Made by a program: the position numbers and the translations under genes. DNA of 32,000 nt from Carboxylicivirga sediminis (lineage in GTDB: Bacteria > Bacteroidota > Bacteroidia > Bacteroidales > Marinilabiliaceae), in the NCBI RefSeq assembly GCF_018156225.1, contig NZ_JAGTAR010000014.1:1-32000 (forward strand). The letters are read 5' to 3'. Positions 9,137-21,705 of this stretch are shown one piece after another (position 1 is the first letter of the stretch; every line of letters begins with the position of its first letter). Below the pieces are notes generated by a model. The model made no database searches and had not been told where the DNA came from. It saw nothing but the letters and a program-made list of their open reading frames with translations.

Positions 9137-10294
9137 TTGAAAGCGTTAAGAAATTTATTAGATAACATCAAACCTCACGTTCAAAAGGGCGCGAAGTTTG
9201 AAAAGTTTCATTCAACCTTCGATGCTCTTGAAACACTATTTTTTGTTCCCAATACAACGAACAAGAATGGTGTGCATGTGCGCGATGCGGTTGATTTGAA
9301 GCGTACCATGGCTATTGTCGTGAAAGCATTGATTCCGGCATTGCTATTTGGTATTTGGAACGTAGGTTATCAGCACTACCTTTCATTAGGTGTTGATGCC
9401 TCATTTTGGGCCGAAGTAGGCCATGGAGCATTAAAAGTATTACCAATTGTTGTTGTATCATATGGTGTTGGTTTGGGTATTGAATTTATGTTTGCCCAAA
9501 TCCGTGGTCACGAGGTGCAGGAAGGATTCCTGGTTTCAGGGATGCTGATTCCATTAGTGTTACCGGTTGATATCCCGTTATGGATGGTGGCTGTAGCAAC
9601 AGCCTTCTCAGTAGTGATTGGTAAAGAGGTATTTGGTGGTACAGGTATGAACATCTGGAACCCGGCTTTAGTAGCCCGTGCATTCCTGTTCTTCGCCTAT
9701 CCATCAAAAATGTCAGGTGACCTTGTTTGGATCTCTGGTTTAACCAAAGGCGAAGGTGTAGTAGATGGTTTCTCAGGTGCTACATCGTTAGGGCAGGCTG
9801 CTTCGGGTATGGCTCCAAGCCATTCAGTTGCAGAAAGCTTTTTAGGGATGATTCCTGGTTCAATTGGTGAAACATCTACGCTGGCTATCCTGATTGGTGC
9901 AGCTATTCTGATTTATACCGGCATTGGTAGCTGGAAAATTATGGTATCTACCTTTGCAGGTGGTTACCTCATGGGGCTGTTGTTCAACCTTTGGGGTGCC
10001 AATGCTCTAATGCAGGTTGATGCTATTCACCACCTGTGTTTAGGAGGATTTGCTTTTGGTGCTGTATTTATGGCAACTGATCCTGTATCAGCCACACGCA
10101 CCGAAAAAGGTAAATGGATTTACGGATTCCTGATTGGATTCCTGGCGATTATGGTACGTGTGTTTAACCCGGCTTACCCGGAAGGCGTAATGTTGGCCAT
10201 CCTGTTGATGAACACATTTGCACCACTGATTGACCACTACGTAGTACAAGGAAATATCAAACGTCGTTTAAAACGAGCTAAAGTAGCAGCCTAA
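9137..10294 (+). CDS. nqrB: Na+-NQR subunit B (TTG start)
   Basis: Polytopic membrane protein with the conserved N-terminus (FEKFHSTFDALETLFFVP...HVRDAVDLKRTM) and the FMN-attachment motif GFSGATS. The frame opens only after TAA 9128-9130, and TTG 9137 is the only plausible initiator. Confidence 0.92.
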   Translation: MKALRNLLDNIKPHVQKGAKFEKFHSTFDALETLFFVPNTTNKNGVHVRDAVDLKRTMAIVVKALIPALLFGIWNVGYQHYLSLGVDASFWAEVGHGALKVLPIVVVSYGVGLGIEFMFAQIRGHEVQEGFLVSGMLIPLVLPVDIPLWMVAVATAFSVVIGKEVFGGTGMNIWNPALVARAFLFFAYPSKMSGDLVWISGLTKGEGVVDGFSGATSLGQAASGMAPSHSVAESFLGMIPGSIGETSTLAILIGAAILIYTGIGSWKIMVSTFAGGYLMGLLFNLWGANALMQVDAIHHLCLGGFAFGAVFMATDPVSATRTEKGKWIYGFLIGFLAIMVRVFNPAYPEGVMLAILLMNTFAPLIDHYVVQGNIKRRLKRAKVAA

Positions 10295-10306
10295 ATAATT
10301 AGTAAA

Positions 10307-11005
10307 ATGGATAGACAAGGAAATACTTATACTTTTCTGTATGCATCTGTTATGGTGATTGTGGTAGCGGCTATCTTGGCCTTTTTAGCACAATCGTTAA
10401 AACCAATGCAGGATAAAAATGCGGCCGTGGCCAAAAAGATGGATATCCTGAAGTCGGTGCAGATTGAAAGTACAGCAGCTAATGCTGAAGAAAAATACAA
10501 TAAATACATTGGTGAGAATGCTTATGTGTTGGACATCAACGGTGAGAAGAAACCAGGATTGGAAGCTTTTACAGTTGATTTAGCTAAAGAAGTTAAGAAG
10601 GGCGACGATGAGCGTGCTTACCCGATTTATGAGTGTAAACTGGATAATGGACAAACGAAGTACATCATTCCGGTGAGAGGTAAAGGTCTTTGGGGACCTA
10701 TCTGGGGATATGTATCGTTGGATGATGATAAGAACACTGTGTTTGGTGCTACCTTTGGTCACAAAGGCGAAACACCTGGCTTGGGTGCTGAGATCACAAC
10801 CGATATGTTCCAGAAACCTTTTACAGGTAAGAAACTGTTTGATGAAAACGGTCAGTTTGCTTCCATTGAAGTTGTGAAGAAAGGACAGTCACAGGGCGAT
10901 CTGCATAAAGTGGATGGCATCTCTGGTGGTACTATTACCAGTGTTGGTGTTGGTACTATGTTAGAAGACTGCCTGAGTGGGTATGAAAAGTTTTTAAAGA
11001 ACTAA
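10307..11005 (+). CDS. nqrC: Na+-NQR subunit C
   Basis: N-terminal TM anchor and the covalent-FMN threonine motif DGISGGTITS near the C-terminus. Operon position is as expected. Confidence 0.93.
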   Translation: MDRQGNTYTFLYASVMVIVVAAILAFLAQSLKPMQDKNAAVAKKMDILKSVQIESTAANAEEKYNKYIGENAYVLDINGEKKPGLEAFTVDLAKEVKKGDDERAYPIYECKLDNGQTKYIIPVRGKGLWGPIWGYVSLDDDKNTVFGATFGHKGETPGLGAEITTDMFQKPFTGKKLFDENGQFASIEVVKKGQSQGDLHKVDGISGGTITSVGVGTMLEDCLSGYEKFLKN

Positions 11006-11017
11006 AATATTGTGACG

Positions 11018-11677
11018 ATGAGTAGTGAAAAAGAACCTTTGTTCTCAGCCAAGAATCTGAAGCTGATTACAACTCCTCTGGGAGCACAAAACCCCATTAC
11101 CATCCAGGTACTGGGTATCTGTTCTGCTTTGGCGGTGACAGTTAAATTGGAGCCGGCCATCGTATTGTCGATCTCTGTGATGTTTGTAACTGTATTCTCT
11201 AATCTGATTATATCGTTATTGCGTAATACCATTCCTGCACGTATCCGTATTATTGTGCAGCTGGTGGTGGTTGCATCGCTGGTAATCATTGTTGACCAGG
11301 TGTTGAAAGCCTTCGCCTATGAGGTGAGTTTGCAGCTATCGGTTTTCGTTGGTCTGATTATTACCAACTGTATCATCATGGGCCGCTTGGAAGCCTTTGC
11401 ATTGGGTAACAAGCCATGGCCATCGGTATTGGATGGTATTGGTAATGGTGCCGGATATGGTTTTATACTGATAGTAGTAGCTTTCTTCCGCGAGTTGTTA
11501 GGAACTGGTTTCCTGACATTGCCAGGATTGGGAGCTATTCAAATTGTACCTGATGTATTTTACCAATGGGGATATGCCAACAATGGCTTTATGATTTTGC
11601 CTCCAATGGCTTTGGTTGTTGTGGGTATCATCATATGGGTACAGCGTTCACGTAATAAAGATTTGATAGAATCGTAA
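11018..11677 (+). CDS. nqrD: Na+-NQR subunit D
   Basis: Hydrophobic protein of about 219 aa with NqrD/RnfE-type motifs (NPITIQVLGICSALAVT, LITNCIIMGR). I prefer ATG 11018 to the track's GTG 11012. Confidence 0.9.
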   Translation: MSSEKEPLFSAKNLKLITTPLGAQNPITIQVLGICSALAVTVKLEPAIVLSISVMFVTVFSNLIISLLRNTIPARIRIIVQLVVVASLVIIVDQVLKAFAYEVSLQLSVFVGLIITNCIIMGRLEAFALGNKPWPSVLDGIGNGAGYGFILIVVAFFRELLGTGFLTLPGLGAIQIVPDVFYQWGYANNGFMILPPMALVVVGIIIWVQRSRNKDLIES

Positions 11678-11695
11678 TTGTAAAAAAGCAGAAAA

Positions 11696-12328
11696 ATGGA
11701 TTATATAAATATATTTATCCGGTCAATCTTTATTGATAACATGGTATTCGCCTACTTCTTTGGTATGTGTTCATACCTGGCAGTATCAAAAACCGTGAAC
11801 ACCTCATTAGGACTTGGATTGGCTGTAACATTTGTACTAAGTATCACTGTGCCGGTTAACTATTTGCTTAACGACTATGTGTTGGGTGAAGGTGCTTTGG
11901 TATGGTTAGATAACCTACTAGGATTAGAAAATAAGTTTGCCACTTATGATTTAAGCTTCTTAAGCTTCATCATGTTTATCGCTGTTATTGCCTCTATGGT
12001 GCAGCTGGTTGAGATGGTTGTTGAGAAGTTTGCACCGACTCTATACTCACAACTGGGTATCTTCTTGCCGCTTATTGCTGTTAACTGTGCCATCTTAGGT
12101 GGTTCATTATTTATGCAAGAGCGCGAATATGCTAACCTGGGTGAAGCCACTGTATTCGGCGTTGGTTCGGGTATTGGTTGGTTATTAGCTATTGTTGGTA
12201 TTGCTGCTATCCGCGAGAAAATTCAATATTCTGATGTGCCTGCTCCACTGCGTGGTTTAGGTATCACTTTTATTGTAACCGGATTGATGGGTGTGGCATT
12301 TATGAGTTTCATGGGAATTCAGTTGTAA
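11696..12328 (+). CDS. nqrE: Na+-NQR subunit E
   Basis: 210-aa polytopic protein with NqrE/RnfA-type motifs ([28 protein letters not shown]). Confidence 0.93.
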   Translation: MDYINIFIRSIFIDNMVFAYFFGMCSYLAVSKTVNTSLGLGLAVTFVLSITVPVNYLLNDYVLGEGALVWLDNLLGLENKFATYDLSFLSFIMFIAVIASMVQLVEMVVEKFAPTLYSQLGIFLPLIAVNCAILGGSLFMQEREYANLGEATVFGVGSGIGWLLAIVGIAAIREKIQYSDVPAPLRGLGITFIVTGLMGVAFMSFMGIQL

Positions 12329-12346
12329 AAAATAAAAGTATTAGAA

Positions 12347-13606
12347 ATGACATTATTAGCAATTGATAGTACAGTAATTTTTACCAGTGTGGCGATTTTC
12401 CTTTTGGTGATCCTGGCTTTGGTATCTATCTTATTGTACGCTAAGAAAAAACTGATGCCATCGGGCGAAGTAACCATCAACATCAACGATGGCGAAAAAG
12501 AGTTGGTGGTAGAGCCGGGTCAAACCTTGCTTTCGGCATTAGGTAATAATAAAATCTTCTTACCATCAGCTTGTGGTGGTGGTGGTACATGTGCTATGTG
12601 TCGCTGTCAGGTTGATAGCGGTGCAGGTTCAATTCTACCTACCGAAACTGGTTATTTTACCCGTAAAGAGCAGGCCAATAACTGGCGTTTAGCTTGTCAG
12701 GTGAAGGTAAAAGAAGACATGACCATGCAAATCCCTCAGGAAGTGATGGGTATTAAGAAGTGGGAATGTGAAGTAGTATCTAATGATGGGCAGGCTACCT
12801 TTATTAAGGAGTTTGTGGTGAAGTTACCTGAAGGTGAAATCTTAGACTTTAAATCGGGTGGTTACATCCAGATTGACGTGCCTAAGATTGATGTTGACTT
12901 CAAGGATATGGAGATTGAAGATGAGTATCGTGGTGAATGGGAGAAGTTTGGTATGTTCGATCTGAAGATGAAGAACCCCGAACCAACTTATCGCGCTTAC
13001 TCTATGGCTAACCATCCTGCCGAAGGTAACATTGTGATGTTGAACATCCGTATTGCTACACCACCATGGGACCGTGTTGCCGGTAAATTCATGAATGTTA
13101 ACCCAGGAATATGTTCTTCATTTATCTTCTCGCGTAAGCCAGGTGATAAAGTAACTGTTTCGGGTCCTTATGGTGAGTTCTTTATTAAAGAAACAGATCG
13201 TGAGATGATGTTTATTGGTGGTGGTGCAGGTATGGCACCAATGCGTTCACACATCTTCCACCTGTTCCACACCGTTAAAACGGGTCGTAAGGCTACGTTC
13301 TGGTATGGAGCTCGTTCGCGTAAAGAGATTTTCTACGAAGATCAATTCCGCGCTATCGAGAAAGAGTTCCCGAACTTTAAGTTCACAATTGCGCTTTCTG
13401 AACCTTTACCAGAGGATAACTGGGATGGCGCTACAGGCTTTATCCATCAGGTGATTCATGACGAGTATTTGAGCAAGCATGAAGAGCCAGAAGATATCGA
13501 ATACTACTTATGTGGACCTCCAATGATGAATGATGCGGTAAATAAAATGCTGTATGATTTGGGAGTGCCCGACGAGATGGTTGCCTTTGACGATTTCGGA
13601 TCATAA
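12347..13606 (+). CDS. nqrF: Na+-NQR subunit F
   Basis: N-terminal TM helix, 2Fe-2S ferredoxin motif CGGGGTCAMCRC...LACQ, FAD motif RAYSMAN and NADH motif GGGAGMAPM. Confidence 0.95.
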   Translation: MTLLAIDSTVIFTSVAIFLLVILALVSILLYAKKKLMPSGEVTININDGEKELVVEPGQTLLSALGNNKIFLPSACGGGGTCAMCRCQVDSGAGSILPTETGYFTRKEQANNWRLACQVKVKEDMTMQIPQEVMGIKKWECEVVSNDGQATFIKEFVVKLPEGEILDFKSGGYIQIDVPKIDVDFKDMEIEDEYRGEWEKFGMFDLKMKNPEPTYRAYSMANHPAEGNIVMLNIRIATPPWDRVAGKFMNVNPGICSSFIFSRKPGDKVTVSGPYGEFFIKETDREMMFIGGGAGMAPMRSHIFHLFHTVKTGRKATFWYGARSRKEIFYEDQFRAIEKEFPNFKFTIALSEPLPEDNWDGATGFIHQVIHDEYLSKHEEPEDIEYYLCGPPMMNDAVNKMLYDLGVPDEMVAFDDFGS

Positions 13607-13613
13607 ATATATA

Positions 13614-13639
13614 AAGCCCCTTAATTGGGGCTTTTTTTT
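13614..13639 (+). terminator. rho-independent terminator of the nqr operon
   Basis: aagcccc-ttaatt-ggggctt followed by a T run, starting 8 nt after the nqrF stop codon. Confidence 0.85.
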
Positions 13640-13747
13640 AGCTCTTTTCTTTACTGGATACCTGAGGGAGGTCAGTGCATAAATACGTCAGAATGGACCA
13701 TAATCGTCCATTTAAATCATTAAATTGCACACCAAATCTTAACGCGT

Positions 13748-15298
13748 ATGAAAGGTATTTGGGCGATTATTTCATTTCTGTTTTTGTGTTTATCGGTTTA
13801 TGGACAATCTCTTCAGCAAGAACTAAACCATGCCAGTAAACTGCAGGAAACCAATCCCGACAGTTGCATCCTTATTTCATACGAAATCTTTACTCAATTA
13901 AGTGATGAGCAACGTATCGAAAAGGCACATGCGTTATGGAATCTGGCCCAGGCTTATCTGTATAAGCACAAATATCATTCTGCACTGTTATATGCTTTTA
14001 AAGGCGAAGAGTTATTCGCAGAAAAGGATACGGCCATATTGCATCAAAGAATTCAAGCTACAACGGGTTGGATTTTTTATGATATTGGGAACTATAAGCA
14101 GGCTGAGCCCTATCATCAGAAAGCTCTAGATATAGCTCAGTTAAGGAATGATTTGAGCAGTGAAATTGTTTATACAAACGCATTAGGTTTAAATGCCCTC
14201 AACCTTAACCAATACCAAAAAGCATTAGGCTTGTTTCAAAAAGCTCTTTTCCTGTTATCGCGCATGGACCCTCTAAATAAATCACTGTTGGCTACGGTGC
14301 AGAACAATATGGGAGTTGTTTATGTCAGATACGAAGATTGGGGGAAAGCAGAAGAATCATTGCTTCAGGCCATTGAAAATAGTTCAGGTCATGCCTCGGC
14401 ACTTATTGAAACCTATTCTCAACTGGGCAAAGTATACTTAAGTACGCATCAATACGAAAAGTGCAAGAGCTATTTAGATGCGGCAGAGGAGCTTAGTTAT
14501 CTTACTTCCTATAGTTTTAGTCTGATCGAGTATTACCAAATCAGGTATGAATACGAGTTCATTGCAGGCAATTTAAATGCCGCCTATCGCTATCAGAACA
14601 AATACATTCAGTTGTATAAAAAGATCAATAATAACGATGCCCAGGAGGTAATGAATTACCTGATGAGTGTTCAGGATGAAAAAATAAAGCAAGACGAGCT
14701 GCTTATAAAGCAGGCGAGGGAGATTGCATTTAATCGGCAAGTACTCATAATTGTGGGTATCATTTCCACCCTTGTTATTATTATTGTGCTGTATTTAATG
14801 TTTCGGTCAAAGGCCGAGAAAGCTTTTCTCAAACAACAACTACTTAGTCAGGAACTGGAGAAAAAGGAGCAGCAACAGGCCGAATTGAGTCACAAGCTGG
14901 CCTATAAAGATGAAGCTATTGAGACGCTTGCATTGACCATATCGCAGCGAAACGATCTGGTGAAGAGTGTAGCCGAAGATGTGAATAAATCATCGTCTGA
15001 TGAGCTGAAAGCGGCCTGGAAAAAATTTCAGTTGGAGTTCGACCAGTATACTGAGTCTTCGATGCTGTCAGAGGAATACATTAAGGAATTCAAGTACCGG
15101 CTGAAGACTAAATTTCCATCCTTAACCGATAAGGATATGCAGCTGATCATTGATATTCGCAAAGATCTTACTTCAAAAGAGCTGGCTGATAAATACCATG
15201 TGGAAGTGAAGTCCATTGAGATGAGCCGCTACCGTTTGCGTAAGAAGCTACAGCTTGAAAAGGGCATTCAGCTCAAAGATTTCATCATGAAAATATAG
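13748..15298 (+). CDS. membrane-anchored one-component regulator: signal peptide, TPR sensor region, TM helix, coiled coil, C-terminal LuxR/GerE-type HTH (516 aa)
   Basis: Signal peptide MKGIWAIISFLFLCLSVYGQ. TPR-like repeats carry A..Y.....Y..A patterns. A single TM helix covers aa 331-352 (nt 14738-14803). The C-terminal LTDKDMQLIIDIRKDLTSKELADKYHVEVKSIEMSRYRLRKKL fits the GerE/LuxR HTH pattern. Confidence 0.7.
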   Translation: MKGIWAIISFLFLCLSVYGQSLQQELNHASKLQETNPDSCILISYEIFTQLSDEQRIEKAHALWNLAQAYLYKHKYHSALLYAFKGEELFAEKDTAILHQRIQATTGWIFYDIGNYKQAEPYHQKALDIAQLRNDLSSEIVYTNALGLNALNLNQYQKALGLFQKALFLLSRMDPLNKSLLATVQNNMGVVYVRYEDWGKAEESLLQAIENSSGHASALIETYSQLGKVYLSTHQYEKCKSYLDAAEELSYLTSYSFSLIEYYQIRYEYEFIAGNLNAAYRYQNKYIQLYKKINNNDAQEVMNYLMSVQDEKIKQDELLIKQAREIAFNRQVLIIVGIISTLVIIIVLYLMFRSKAEKAFLKQQLLSQELEKKEQQQAELSHKLAYKDEAIETLALTISQRNDLVKSVAEDVNKSSSDELKAAWKKFQLEFDQYTESSMLSEEYIKEFKYRLKTKFPSLTDKDMQLIIDIRKDLTSKELADKYHVEVKSIEMSRYRLRKKLQLEKGIQLKDFIMKI

Positions 15299-15515
15299 TT
15301 TTGATGTAGAGTTTTACCCCTACACAGGTTGATAAATGGCTTTAATGTGGCTTAATGTTATAATTTGTATGTTATTGTAATATAGTGTGATGTAGCTGTA
15401 GGGGCTTGAAGAACTGAATTGTATAGATTTCATAGAGGTATAATATTGGGGTTTTTGATTTTTGCTGCGCTATTTAGCAGTGTGAAAAAAGTATCAACTG
15501 ACAATTTTATCCACA

Positions 15516-17522
15516 ATGAAAAAGCTACTTTCCGTTTTTGTACTGGCACTTATTTTGGCTGCATGTCAAAAGCATCAACCCAAAGAAGTTGTTATAGATC
15601 GCAGTAACTATCCCAATGTATTAGACTTAGCCGGCACTGTTAAACTCCCGCAGGAAGATAATGTGTCATCATTTTCTGACAAGGGCACCTGGCATTCATT
15701 TAGTTTAATTGAAGACGACAAGCTCGAGATGATCGGAAGTTTTGTGGGGCCCTACCTCATGCGTCAGCAACGTAGCTTTTGGCTGAGCCCATCGCTGATA
15801 GGACTTCAGATCAAGGATGTGCAGGCGAATAAGTTTATCGATTTGAGCGCCTCTCAAAAGGTTCAAAATACATTTTATCCTGGTATACTTCAGCAATCAT
15901 TTGCCATAGGCGAACTGGAGATCAGCTTATCGCTGTTGAATACCAATGAACGCACCACCATTGTAACAGCAGATATTATCAATAATGGCGAAACGAAAGA
16001 ACTGCAATTTGGTTGGAAGGGTGAAGTATTTGCTGTGATGAATAATGGAATGAGTCAGCATGATAACAGAGTACTCATAAATATTCAGGAAGACGAAAAT
16101 GCGCAACTTGTTTTTAAAGACAGCAATATAACCTTGACTGATAGCTGTTATTCATACCTTGAGGCAGCTGTAAGCATGAAGCCAAAACAAAAAGCAACTG
16201 TTACGACTGCTTTCACTTACACCTTTAAACAGGAAGAGTTAGACCAATACGCTGCAGAAGCTCTAAAAACAATAGATAATGTTAATCCTGCTATAGAGCA
16301 AAACGAGCAGCGCTGGAACGCCTATCTAAAGACCTTACTAAAAGGATCTGACAAAGCATTGCTCGATGTGAATAAGTACGATAAACTGGCTGTAAAATCG
16401 TTGCTCACGCTGGTGCATAACTGGAGAAGTGCAGCAGGCGATATCTATCACCAGGGAATTGTACCATCCTATGCAGCTAGTTATTTTCAGGGCTTATGGG
16501 CCTGGGATTCGTGGAAGCATGCTGTTGCCATTGCTCCTTTCGAAGGTGAGCTGGCCAAGGACCAGATTCGTGCCATGTATGATTATCAAAACGAAGAGGG
16601 CATGATTGCCGACTGTTTCTTTCGTGATTTGAATATCGAAGGTATCAACTGGCGCAATACCAAAGCTCCTTTATCGGCATGGTGTATCTATGAAGTGTAT
16701 GAGCAAACACAAGATCTGGAGTTTCTTAAGGAACTATATCCTAAGTTGCTGAAGTACCATGAGTGGTGGTATATTAACCGCGACCATGACCAGAATGGAC
16801 TTTGTGAATATGGTTCAACAGATGGGACGCGTATTGCGGCAGCCTGGGAAAGTGGCATGGACAATGCCGTACGTTTTGATGATGCCATCATCATGGAGAA
16901 CAAGCCGGGGGCCTACTCACTTAATCAGGAATCGGTGGACCTGAATGCCTATCTGGCGCAAGAGAAAAGATATATTCAACAGATTGCCGGCATCCTAAAG
17001 GATGATGAAACAGCTGAAAAATATGCCCGGGAAGCAGAGCAACTGAGCAATCAGATTCAGGAGGCGATGTACTGTTCCGAAGATGGTTTCTATTACGATG
17101 TGGAGATAAAAAGCCAGGAGAAAATTCGGATACAGGGACCCGAAGGCTGGGCTCCGCTTTACAATGAAGTGGCTACACCTGAGCAGGCTCAACAAATTAA
17201 AGAAGTTATAATGGATAAGGAGCGTTTTAATACGCCAATGCCATTCCCGACTCTGAGCGCTGCACACGAAAAGTTCAATCCTGAAAAAGGTTACTGGCGT
17301 GGACCAGTATGGCTCGATCAGGCCTATTTTGCCATTGTAGGATTAAACAATTATGGCTTTGAAGCTGAAGCCCGCCAAATGGCTCAGAAGATGGTTGAAA
17401 GCGCCAACGGATTGGCATTCACACAGGAGCCAATTCGTGAAAACTATCATCCAATAACTAAGGAAGGGCTCAATGCCGAGCATTTTAGCTGGAGTGCTGC
17501 CCACATTTTGATGTTGTTCTAG
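15516..17522 (+). CDS. lipoprotein glycoside hydrolase, GH63-like (YgjK/MGH1-type alpha/alpha-6 barrel), 668 aa
   Basis: Lipobox LILAAC. Motifs recalled from GH63/clan GH-G enzymes are present: FQGLWAWDSWKHA, WESGMDNAVRFD, GYWRGPVWLDQAYF and ENYHP...AEHFSWSAA. The family call is from memory only. Confidence 0.6.
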   Translation: MKKLLSVFVLALILAACQKHQPKEVVIDRSNYPNVLDLAGTVKLPQEDNVSSFSDKGTWHSFSLIEDDKLEMIGSFVGPYLMRQQRSFWLSPSLIGLQIKDVQANKFIDLSASQKVQNTFYPGILQQSFAIGELEISLSLLNTNERTTIVTADIINNGETKELQFGWKGEVFAVMNNGMSQHDNRVLINIQEDENAQLVFKDSNITLTDSCYSYLEAAVSMKPKQKATVTTAFTYTFKQEELDQYAAEALKTIDNVNPAIEQNEQRWNAYLKTLLKGSDKALLDVNKYDKLAVKSLLTLVHNWRSAAGDIYHQGIVPSYAASYFQGLWAWDSWKHAVAIAPFEGELAKDQIRAMYDYQNEEGMIADCFFRDLNIEGINWRNTKAPLSAWCIYEVYEQTQDLEFLKELYPKLLKYHEWWYINRDHDQNGLCEYGSTDGTRIAAAWESGMDNAVRFDDAIIMENKPGAYSLNQESVDLNAYLAQEKRYIQQIAGILKDDETAEKYAREAEQLSNQIQEAMYCSEDGFYYDVEIKSQEKIRIQGPEGWAPLYNEVATPEQAQQIKEVIMDKERFNTPMPFPTLSAAHEKFNPEKGYWRGPVWLDQAYFAIVGLNNYGFEAEARQMAQKMVESANGLAFTQEPIRENYHPITKEGLNAEHFSWSAAHILMLF

Positions 17523-17546
17523 ATTATTAACAGACACAATTTTTAA

Positions 17547-20669
<3,123 letters not shown>

Positions 20670-20682
20670 GCGATTGAGATAA

Positions 20683-20949
20683 ATGGAAACCTTATTGTTT
20701 TTGTGCGGAGGAGTGCTGCTTGGTTATCTGTTCCGAAAGAGGAAAGAGCTGCGGGCAGGGGTTGAGAAAAGCATCACTGTTATGATATGGCTGCTCCTAT
20801 TGTTTTTGGGTATTGCCATTGGAGCTAATCAACAGGTAATAGAGAATATCCATGTGATTGGCACTAAAGCCATGGTGTTAACATTTGGTGGCATTGCCGG
20901 CAGCATTGCTTGTTCATATTTCGTTTATCGTAAATTTTTTAAAGCATGA
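20683..20949 (+). CDS. LysO/YbjE (DUF340) family transporter, N-terminal segment encoded as a separate 88-aa protein
   Basis: METLLFLCGGVLLGYLFRKR...WLLLLFLGIAIG aligns with the first ~90 residues of E. coli YbjE (LysO). Its stop codon overlaps the next start codon (ATGA at 20946-20949). Confidence 0.75.
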   Translation: METLLFLCGGVLLGYLFRKRKELRAGVEKSITVMIWLLLLFLGIAIGANQQVIENIHVIGTKAMVLTFGGIAGSIACSYFVYRKFFKA

Positions 20950-21539
20950 AGGGAACACTCATCACCTTGTTGTTTTTTGTTGGAGGTTGTTTTATCTCAA
21001 TCTATGGTTTGACACCGCAGGCATTGTTGGAAAATGATTTGAGTACTTATGCCTTGTATGCTCTCATGGCCTTGGTTGGTGTCAGTCTGGGCATGGACGA
21101 GTCGTCTATCAATATCCTTAAGAAGGCCAACCTGGGCTTACTGCTAGTACCCATTTCAATTGGAGTGGGGAGCATTATCGGGTCAGGACTGGCATACTTC
21201 TTAATAGCCGAATCGTTTGTCGAAGGCATGGCTGTAGGTGCAGGCTTTGGCTATTACAGTTTATCGAGTGTCATTATCTCAAGTACCTATGATACCATAC
21301 TGGGGGTGATTGCTTTACTCTCTAATATTTCCAGAGAACTGTTGTCTCTGGTCTTGGCACCTTTATTAGTGAAGGCTTTTGGCAATATGGCACCAATTGC
21401 CAGTTCAGGTGCCACCTCAATGGATACCACCTTACCGGTTATTACGCGCTATTCGGGCAAAGAGTATGCAATTATTGCTTTGTTCAGCGGCATCGTTCTA
21501 ACCGTGCTGGTGCCATTGTTAATACCGCTAATTCTATAA
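20946..21539 (+). CDS. LysO/YbjE (DUF340) family transporter, C-terminal segment (197 aa)
   Basis: GAGFGYYSLSS, SRELLSLVLAPLL, SGATSMDTTLPVI and FSGIVLTVLVPLLIP align with YbjE GFGWYSLSG, ARELIAIMLIP, GATSMDFTLPVL and HGFILSLLVPILI. Confidence 0.8.
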   Translation: MKGTLITLLFFVGGCFISIYGLTPQALLENDLSTYALYALMALVGVSLGMDESSINILKKANLGLLLVPISIGVGSIIGSGLAYFLIAESFVEGMAVGAGFGYYSLSSVIISSTYDTILGVIALLSNISRELLSLVLAPLLVKAFGNMAPIASSGATSMDTTLPVITRYSGKEYAIIALFSGIVLTVLVPLLIPLIL

Positions 21540-21705
21540 GTAAAAATCCATATTACTAAGCTAATAGATTAGTTGCAAACCAAATCTATCCCAACTAATC
21601 GATCAAATCAAATGAAAAGTAATTAGAGGCTGTCAGGCATCTGAATCAGGATGCCTTGTGCCAATATATTGCTAAATCCATTGTCGTACTAATTAATTAT
21701 TACAA

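Noticed and set aside
20683-21539. LysO pair as a frameshifted pseudogene
   Set aside because: The junction is a clean ATGA stop/start overlap. Both parts have intact frames and proper starts, and there is no homopolymer run at the junction suggesting a sequencing or mutational slip. I treat it as a genuine split gene pending comparison with relatives.
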